From assembly GCA_036825935.1 (NCBI GenBank), contig DAISXI010000001.1, forward strand, positions 4,018-68,017: DNA of 64,000 nt, given 5' to 3'. How positions within the stretch are numbered: position 1 is the first letter of the stretch; the number at the start of each line of letters is the position of its first letter. A program made the translations under genes and the position numbers. The stretch is from Hydrogenophaga sp. (GTDB lineage: Bacteria > Pseudomonadota > Gammaproteobacteria > Burkholderiales > Burkholderiaceae_C). The notes under the pieces were generated by a model. It saw nothing but the letters and a program-made list of their open reading frames with translations, had not been told where the DNA came from and made no database searches. Of this stretch, positions 57,623 through 64,000 are shown piece by piece.

Positions 57623-58141
57623 ATGTCCGCTTTGCGCCTGATCGTCATGGGGGTGTCCGGTTGCGGCAAGTCAACCATGGCAGCCGCCTTGAGCGAACGC
57701 CTGGGCTTGGACATGGAGGACGGCGATGACATGCACCTGCCCGAGAGCGTGGCCAAGATGCGCTCGGGCATTGCCCTGCAAGACGCCGACCGCTGGCCTT
57801 GGCTGGACCGCATTGGCCAGTGCCTCGCGCAAGCACACGAGCCAGGGCGTGTGGTGGCCTGCTCCGCGCTCAAGCGCACGTACCGCGAGCGCATCCGGGA
57901 ACAAGCGGGCGATGTGTGTTTTGTGTTTCTGGACGGCGACTACGATTTGATTGCACAACGCATGCGCCAGCGTGTGGGCCACTACATGCAGCCGGGCTTG
58001 CTCGACAGCCAGTTCCGCACCCTCGAAAAACCCCAGGCCGATGAGACCGATGTCATCCGCCTGCCCATCACCGAACCTGTACAGAACATGGTCGAGCAAG
58101 CGCTCCAAGCTTTGCACAGCCGCCTGCACCCTGCTCATTGA
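57623..58141 (+). CDS. gntK: Gluconokinase
   Basis: MGVSGCGKST, DADRWPWL, ACSALKRTYR, LLDSQFRTLE. Confidence 0.95.
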   Translation: MSALRLIVMGVSGCGKSTMAAALSERLGLDMEDGDDMHLPESVAKMRSGIALQDADRWPWLDRIGQCLAQAHEPGRVVACSALKRTYRERIREQAGDVCFVFLDGDYDLIAQRMRQRVGHYMQPGLLDSQFRTLEKPQADETDVIRLPITEPVQNMVEQALQALHSRLHPAH

Positions 58142-58159
58142 ATTTTTAGAAAGTCCCTC

Positions 58160-58498
58160 ATGTTCATCCGCTGTGCATTCTTCCAAGGCCAAGTCAAACC
58201 TGGGATGGAGGAGACCTTCAACCGCTACATCCGCGACAACTTGGTACCGCTTTGGACACGCTTCCCGGGAGCGCAAGAAGTTCGCGTGCTGCGCCAAGTT
58301 GAAAGCGATGTGGCCGAGCCGCACTTTGGCATGGTGCTGGCCGTGCGTTACCCCAGCCGAGAGGCGATCGAAATCGCTCTGGCCTCGGAGGTGCGTATGA
58401 AGAGTAAAGAAGTGTCCAAAGACATGATCGCCATGTTTGATGGCACCGTGTTTCACACCGTCTTCAGCGCGGACGAATACGCGCTGCCCACCGATTGA
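58160..58498 (+). CDS. EthD-like dimeric alpha-beta barrel protein
   Basis: LVPLWTRFPGA...YPSREAIEIALAS. Confidence 0.65.
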   Translation: MFIRCAFFQGQVKPGMEETFNRYIRDNLVPLWTRFPGAQEVRVLRQVESDVAEPHFGMVLAVRYPSREAIEIALASEVRMKSKEVSKDMIAMFDGTVFHTVFSADEYALPTD

Positions 58499-58536
58499 GT
58501 TTTACGACAGACCTTTTTAAACCAGGAGACATCACC

Positions 58537-59511
58537 ATGAAACTTTCCCGCATCCTTCTCGCTTGCCTTGTGGCCGTTGCTGGCTCCAATGCCTACGCTA
58601 CCAAGTTCACCCTCAAAATGGGCCATGCCGTCAATACCACCGATGGCCAACACGCTGCAGCCCTGAAGTTGGCAGAGTTGGTTAAACAACGCACCAATGG
58701 CGATGTGGAGATCACCGTCTTTCCGTCCAACCAGCTGGGCAATGACGCAGCCATGATCAACGGTACACGGGGCGGTACGATCGACATCGTCTCCAGCGGC
58801 GCCTCCAACTTCAACGGCATCGTGCCCAACACGGCTGCCATGGAACTGCCCTTTGTGTTCCGTGATGCCCAACACGCTTACAAGGTGCTTGATGGTGCCG
58901 TAGGCACCGGCGTGCTCAATGAATTGGCCCCGCACGGTCTGAAGGGCCTGGCCTACTGGGAAAACGGCTGGCGCTCGTTCACCAACAACAAGCGTCCCGT
59001 GAACAAGCCCGAAGACTTGAAGGGCCTGAAGATCCGCTCCACGCCCAACCCATATCACATCCAGGCCTTCAAGCTTTTGGGCATGAACCCCTCGCCCATG
59101 CCAATCGCTGAGCTTTACACCGCGCTCGAGACTGGCACCTTTGACGCCCAAGAGCACCCGATCAACGTGACCTGGTCTTCCAAGTTCTACGAAGTGCAAA
59201 AGCACATGACCATCAGCAACCACGTCTACTCCCCCTTGGTGGTGGCCATGAACAAGGCCAAGTTCGACAGCCTGCCCGCCAACTACCAAAAAGTGTTGGT
59301 GGATGCTGCTCGTGAAGCGGCCACCTACCAGCGCAATCTGAACGCCTCCAACGCAAGCAAGGTGGTGGCTGATCTGAAGAAATCGGGCATGCAGGTGATC
59401 GAGAAAGTGGACATGGCCCCGTTCCAGAAAATCGTCTCGGCAGAAATTGCCAAGACCTTTGGTGAAAAGAGCGGCACCGCTTTGCTCAAGGCCATTGAAG
59501 ACACCAAGTAA
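58537..59511 (+). CDS. dctP: TRAP solute-binding protein
   Basis: Signal peptide; FPSNQLG, ENGWR, DLKGLKIR, ELYTALETG. Confidence 0.96.
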   Translation: MKLSRILLACLVAVAGSNAYATKFTLKMGHAVNTTDGQHAAALKLAELVKQRTNGDVEITVFPSNQLGNDAAMINGTRGGTIDIVSSGASNFNGIVPNTAAMELPFVFRDAQHAYKVLDGAVGTGVLNELAPHGLKGLAYWENGWRSFTNNKRPVNKPEDLKGLKIRSTPNPYHIQAFKLLGMNPSPMPIAELYTALETGTFDAQEHPINVTWSSKFYEVQKHMTISNHVYSPLVVAMNKAKFDSLPANYQKVLVDAAREAATYQRNLNASNASKVVADLKKSGMQVIEKVDMAPFQKIVSAEIAKTFGEKSGTALLKAIEDTK

Positions 59512-59529
59512 ATCGGTCTCTGTGGACAC

Positions 59530-59558
59530 CACCCCCTCTGTGGAGGGGGTGTTTTTTT
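59530..59558 (+). terminator. Stem-loop + U-tract between dctP and dctQ
   Basis: CACCCCCTC-TGTG-GAGGGGGTG followed by T7. Confidence 0.75.
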
Positions 59559-59566
59559 GAACCAAC

Positions 59567-60106
59567 ATGAAAAAACTGAACGATCTTTTTTTCAAGCTCG
59601 CCGAAGTTACCTTGGTCGTCATGCTGTCGGCCATGGTCATCATGGTGTTTGGCAACGTGGTCCTGCGCTATGGCTTCAACGACGGCATCATCAGCTCTGA
59701 GGAAATTTCACGCTTTTTGTTCATCTGGATCACGTTTTTGGGGGCCATCGTCACCTTTCGAGACAACGGGCACCTGGGGCTGGACTCGGTGGTGCGCAAA
59801 CTCAACACACGCGGTAAACGAATCGCCTTCACCGTGTCCAATCTGCTCATGTTTGGCTGCTGCGTGCTGATGTTTTACGGCACGCTCAAACAGCACAACA
59901 TCAACGCCACCACACGATCGGCCGTGACCGAAATACCCATGAGTTGGGTGTACGGTGTGGGCTATGTGGCCAGCATCGCCATGGGTTTGATGATTTTGGC
60001 CAAGCTGATTCGACTGGCCAAAGGCGACTTCTCGGATGCCGAACTGATTCAAGTGCAAGACTCCGAAGAGGTGGCCATCCAGCGCAGCGCAGGGGCCATC
60101 AAATGA
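59567..60106 (+). CDS. dctQ: TRAP small permease
   Basis: NVVLRYGFN, SEEISRFLFIWITFLGA. Confidence 0.95.
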   Translation: MKKLNDLFFKLAEVTLVVMLSAMVIMVFGNVVLRYGFNDGIISSEEISRFLFIWITFLGAIVTFRDNGHLGLDSVVRKLNTRGKRIAFTVSNLLMFGCCVLMFYGTLKQHNINATTRSAVTEIPMSWVYGVGYVASIAMGLMILAKLIRLAKGDFSDAELIQVQDSEEVAIQRSAGAIK

Positions 60107-61386
60107 CGATCCTGATTTTTGTGGTCTCGCTGTTGGGGGCCATGGCACTGGGCATGCCGCTGGCGTTTTCACTGCTGGTATCGGGTGTGGCCTTGATGCT
60201 GCACCTGGACGTGTTCGACACCCAGATCGTGTCGCAAAACCTGATCAATGGCGCAGACAACTTTCCACTCATGGCTGTGCCCTTTTTCATGCTGGCCGGT
60301 GAACTGATGAACGCGGGTGGTATGAGTCGGCGCATCGTCAACTCGGCCCTGGTGTGGGTGGGTCATTTGCAAGGTGGCCTGGGTTACGTGGCGGTGTTTG
60401 CCGCCATCATCATGGCCAGCTTATCGGGCTCGGCCGTGGCCGACACGGCTGCGCTGGCCGCCGTTTTGCTGCCCATGATGCGCAAAGCGGGTTACCGCAT
60501 GGACCGATCAGCGGGTCTCATCGCAGCCGGCGGCATCATCGCGCCCGTCATCCCACCCTCGATTGGTTTTATTTTGTTTGGCGTGATCGGCGGGGTGTCG
60601 ATTTCCAAGCTCTTCATGGCGGGCATTTTTCCGGGTCTGTTGATGGGTACGGCCCTCATCATCACTTGGTGGTTTGTGGCTCGCAAGGACAAAGTTGAGG
60701 TGTCCGAGCGCGTGCCATTTCGCGAAAAAATCAAAGTCACCATCAACGCCTTCTGGGCCTACCTGATGGCCATCACCATCATTGGCGGCATGAAAATGGG
60801 CATCTTCACGCCCACCGAGGCTGCGGTGGTGGCCGTGGTCTACGCGCTGTTTGTGGGTCTGTTCATCTACCGTGAAATCAAGCTCAAGGACCTGTACGGC
60901 ATCATCTTGTCGGCCGCCAAAACTTCCTCAGTGGTGATGTTCCTCGTGGCCGCCGCTTTGGTATCGGCTTGGCTCATCACAGTGGCCAACATTCCTTCTC
61001 AAATCGTCGAAATCCTGCGTCCCTTTATTGAAAACAAGATGCTGCTGATGGTCATGCTCATGCTGCTGGTGATGATCGTGGGTACAGCGCTTGACTTTGC
61101 ACCGACCGTGCTGATCCTCACACCCGTGCTCATGCCCTTGGTGCGCGAGGCGGGTATTGACCCGGTGTACTTTGGCGTGCTGTTCATCATCAACAACGCC
61201 ATCGGTTTGCTCACGCCACCGGTGGGCACGGTGCTCAATGTGGTGTGCGGCGTGGGCCGCATCCCCATGCACGATGTCATCAAAGGCGTGATGCCCTTCC
61301 TGATGTCACAAGTGGTGGTCATGGGCTTTTTGATTGTGTTTCCCGAATTGGTGATGACCCCCCTCAAATGGATGTTGGCGCGATGA
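60103..61386 (+). CDS. dctM: TRAP large permease
   Basis: AVPFFMLAGELM, SGSAVAD, IPPSI, TPTEA, TPPVG. Confidence 0.96.
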   Translation: MTILIFVVSLLGAMALGMPLAFSLLVSGVALMLHLDVFDTQIVSQNLINGADNFPLMAVPFFMLAGELMNAGGMSRRIVNSALVWVGHLQGGLGYVAVFAAIIMASLSGSAVADTAALAAVLLPMMRKAGYRMDRSAGLIAAGGIIAPVIPPSIGFILFGVIGGVSISKLFMAGIFPGLLMGTALIITWWFVARKDKVEVSERVPFREKIKVTINAFWAYLMAITIIGGMKMGIFTPTEAAVVAVVYALFVGLFIYREIKLKDLYGIILSAAKTSSVVMFLVAAALVSAWLITVANIPSQIVEILRPFIENKMLLMVMLMLLVMIVGTALDFAPTVLILTPVLMPLVREAGIDPVYFGVLFIINNAIGLLTPPVGTVLNVVCGVGRIPMHDVIKGVMPFLMSQVVVMGFLIVFPELVMTPLKWMLAR

Positions 61387-62150
61387 ATGTCCTGGACTCT
61401 TTTCATTTATCAGGCCGCCGTACCCTGATCACCGGCTCGTCCGCTGGCATTGGCTTGGCGCTGGCCGAGGCGCTCGCACAAGCCGGCGCCCACGTCATCC
61501 TGAACGGCCGTACCGCCAGCAAAGTCGATGAAGCTGCGCAGAATTTGAAAACTCAAGGCTTTTCCGTCAGCACCTCCGTATTTGACGTGACCGATGCCGC
61601 CCGCGTGCGTGCAGCGGTGGACCAGATTGAGGCCGAAGGACCCATCGACATCCTGGTCAACAACGCGGGCATGCAGATTCGCGGCCCGCTGCACGAGTAC
61701 CAAGACGCCGACTGGCACACCATCATGAAAACCAACCTGGACAGCGTGTACTACGTGGGCCAGGCCGTGGCCAAGAAAATGATTCCGCGCGGCCGAGGCA
61801 AGATCATCAACATCTGCTCGGTGCAAAGCGAGCTGGGTCGCCCCGGCATTGCGCCCTACACCGCCACCAAGGGCGCGGTGAAGATGCTGACCAAAGGCAT
61901 GGCCATCGACTGGGGCCAGTTCGGCATCAACGTCAACGGCATTGGCCCGGGCTACTTCAAAACCGAGCTGAACCAAAAACTGGTGGACGACCCGGCCTTC
62001 AGCAGCTGGCTGGTGGGCCGAACACCGAGCCGCCGCTGGGGCGATGTGCAAGACCTGGGCGGCGCGGCCGTCTTTCTGGCCTCGGACGCCTCGCGTTTTG
62101 TGAACGGCCATATCCTTTACGTTGACGGTGGCGTGACCGCCACCCTTTGA
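61383..62150 (+). CDS. idnO: Gluconate 5-dehydrogenase (SDR)
   Basis: TGSSAGIG, ICSVQSELGRPGIAPYTATKG, GPGYFKTE. Confidence 0.9.
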   Translation: MNVLDSFHLSGRRTLITGSSAGIGLALAEALAQAGAHVILNGRTASKVDEAAQNLKTQGFSVSTSVFDVTDAARVRAAVDQIEAEGPIDILVNNAGMQIRGPLHEYQDADWHTIMKTNLDSVYYVGQAVAKKMIPRGRGKIINICSVQSELGRPGIAPYTATKGAVKMLTKGMAIDWGQFGINVNGIGPGYFKTELNQKLVDDPAFSSWLVGRTPSRRWGDVQDLGGAAVFLASDASRFVNGHILYVDGGVTATL

Positions 62151-62170
62151 AGCTTTTGCAAGGACATTTC

Positions 62171-63211
62171 ATGAAATCCGTTGTTTGCCATTCGGCCAAA
62201 GACCTGCGCATCGAACACACCGAACTGCCCGCCTTGGGCGAACACCAACTGCGCGTGAATGTGGCCTATGGCGGCATTTGCGGCTCGGACCTGCATTACT
62301 ACCAGCACGGCGGCTTTGGCACTGTGCGCATCAAGCAGCCCATTGCACTGGGTCATGAGATCTCGGGTGTGGTGGATGGCGTGGGTGCCGGTGTGAGCGG
62401 CGTGCCGCAAGGCCAGCGCATCGCCATCTCGCCTTCGCGCCCCTGTAGCCACTGCCGCTTTTGCCAGGCGGGCCAGCACAACCACTGCCTGAACATGCGT
62501 TTTTACGGCAGCGCCATGCCCTTCCCGCACATCCAAGGGGGGTTCAGCGAGCAACTCATCATCGAAGGCTACCAAGCTCACCCAATTGCCGACCACCTGA
62601 GTCTGTCAGAAGCCGCTTTGGCCGAGCCTTTGTCGGTGGGCCTGCATGCCATCCAACGTGCGGGCAGTGTGTTGGGCAAGCAGGTGCTGGTGACCGGTTG
62701 CGGCCCGATTGGCTCGCTTTTGATTGGTGCTTTGCGCCGAGCCGGTGCGGCCCGCATCGTGGCCGCCGACATCGCCGATTTGCCTTTGAAGTGCGCCAAA
62801 GAGATGGGCGCAGACGAGACCATCAACCTCAAAAGCCAGCCCCAAGCGCTGGACGCCTACAAGGCAGACAAAGGCCAGTTTGACGTGGTGTTCGAGGCCT
62901 CGGGCAGCGAAGCCGCTTTGCGCGTGGGCCTGGACACCATCGTGCCGCGTGGCGTGCTGATCACCGTGGGCATGGGTGGCGACATCAGCCTGCCCATGAC
63001 GCAGATCGTGGCCAAAGAAGTCGACCTGCGCGGCACTTTCCGCTTCCATGCCGAATTTGCCACCGCTGTGCGCTTTTTGAACGAAGGCTTGGTCAACGGC
63101 AAGCCGGTCATCACCGCGATCATGCCTGTGGACCGCGCCATCGAAGCCTTTGATTTGGCGGCCGATAAGAGCCAATCGCTCAAGGTTCAAATTGCTTTTC
63201 AAAACGCCTGA
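62171..63211 (+). CDS. idnD: L-idonate 5-dehydrogenase
   Basis: GICGSDLHYY, GHE, structural Zn Cys cluster, MRFYGSAMPFPHIQGGF. Confidence 0.92.
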   Translation: MKSVVCHSAKDLRIEHTELPALGEHQLRVNVAYGGICGSDLHYYQHGGFGTVRIKQPIALGHEISGVVDGVGAGVSGVPQGQRIAISPSRPCSHCRFCQAGQHNHCLNMRFYGSAMPFPHIQGGFSEQLIIEGYQAHPIADHLSLSEAALAEPLSVGLHAIQRAGSVLGKQVLVTGCGPIGSLLIGALRRAGAARIVAADIADLPLKCAKEMGADETINLKSQPQALDAYKADKGQFDVVFEASGSEAALRVGLDTIVPRGVLITVGMGGDISLPMTQIVAKEVDLRGTFRFHAEFATAVRFLNEGLVNGKPVITAIMPVDRAIEAFDLAADKSQSLKVQIAFQNA

Positions 63212-63250
63212 AACCCACAGATTTTGAAACCCAAATAGAGAAACAACACC

Positions 63251-64000
63251 ATGTCCAAAATCGCCCTTGTTACTGGTGCCAGTTCCGGCATCGGCAAAGC
63301 CTGCACTCTAGCTCTGCTCAAAGAAGGCTGGCAGGTTGTTATGGTCGGTCGCCGTGCCGATGCACTGGCCACAGCCGTCGCGGAAGCAGGCCCCAACGCT
63401 GGTAACGCGCACGCCATCCCGACAGACCTGTCCAAAGAACCTGAAGTCAAGGCGCTGTTTGAGCAAATTCGCACGCACTTTGGCCGCCTCGATTTGGTGT
63501 TCAACAACGCGGGTATTTCCCTGCCCTACACCCTACCGGGCGACTTGTCGGGGGACGAATGGCGCCGTGCGGTGGACATCAACCTGAACGGGGCGTTCTA
63601 CACCCTGTCGTGCGCCTTCAAGCTGATGCAAGAGCAAAGCCCACAAGGCGGCCGCATCATCAACAACGGTTCCATCTCGGCCCATGTGCCACGCCCGGGC
63701 TCGATCGCCTACACCGCCACCAAACACGCCATCTCGGGCCTGACCCGTGCGGCGTCTCTGGACGGTCGTCCCTACAGTATCGCGGTGGGTCAGATCGACA
63801 TTGGCAACGTGGCCTCGGACATGACCCTCAAGATGGCGCAAGGCGTGCACCAAGCAGACCTGAGCATCAAACCCGAGCCCCGCATGGACATGAGCGCCGT
63901 GGTGGAGACCTTCATGACCATGTCCCGCTTGCCCCTGTCGGCCAACATCTTGTTCACCACCGTGATGGCGACCAACATGCCCTTTGTGGGGCGCGGCTGA
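63251..64000 (+). CDS. Short-chain dehydrogenase/reductase
   Basis: TGASSGIG, NNGSISAHVPRP, YTATKH; TGA at the last three bases. Confidence 0.93.
   Translation: MSKIALVTGASSGIGKACTLALLKEGWQVVMVGRRADALATAVAEAGPNAGNAHAIPTDLSKEPEVKALFEQIRTHFGRLDLVFNNAGISLPYTLPGDLSGDEWRRAVDINLNGAFYTLSCAFKLMQEQSPQGGRIINNGSISAHVPRPGSIAYTATKHAISGLTRAASLDGRPYSIAVGQIDIGNVASDMTLKMAQGVHQADLSIKPEPRMDMSAVVETFMTMSRLPLSANILFTTVMATNMPFVGRG

Overview
A GC-rich proteobacterial window; the hut, TRAP and gluconate genes look Comamonadaceae/Limnohabitans-like (inference). 1-34.2 kb is a polar flagellar cluster: flgE(partial)DCB, flgAMN, flgP/flgT-like, fleQ, pomAB-like stator, fliKLMNOPQR-flhB, flhAF-fleN-fliA, fliS, Hpt and two hybrid kinases. 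It is wired through a FleQ/sigma54 -> sigma28 cascade whose promoters can be read in the DNA, and carries accessory genes including a voltage-gated K+ channel translationally coupled in a 4-gene run behind flhB. 34.4-38.2 kb holds deletion-scarred pseudogenes, a TauE exporter, a TauD-like orphan and a TPR-methyltransferase. 38.2-46.8 kb is a hut regulon (hutC; hutHUDIFG) whose ABC transporter appears deleted. 46.9-53.7 kb is an AT-richer uncharacterised uptake/catabolic unit: PheC/SAR11_1068-like binding protein, permease, creatininase, GST, HD diiron oxygenase-like, CxxS AhpD-like, a convergent Rieske oxygenase and a DMT. 53.9-64 kb is a GntR-controlled gluconate/idonate TRAP cluster. No rRNA, tRNA or CRISPR array was recognised. 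Best candidates for an undescribed system: the orphan catabolic operon (47.9-52.1 kb) and the flagellar Kv-channel/Na+-type stator module (11.9-16.7 kb). Family calls come from motifs recognised by eye, not database searches.
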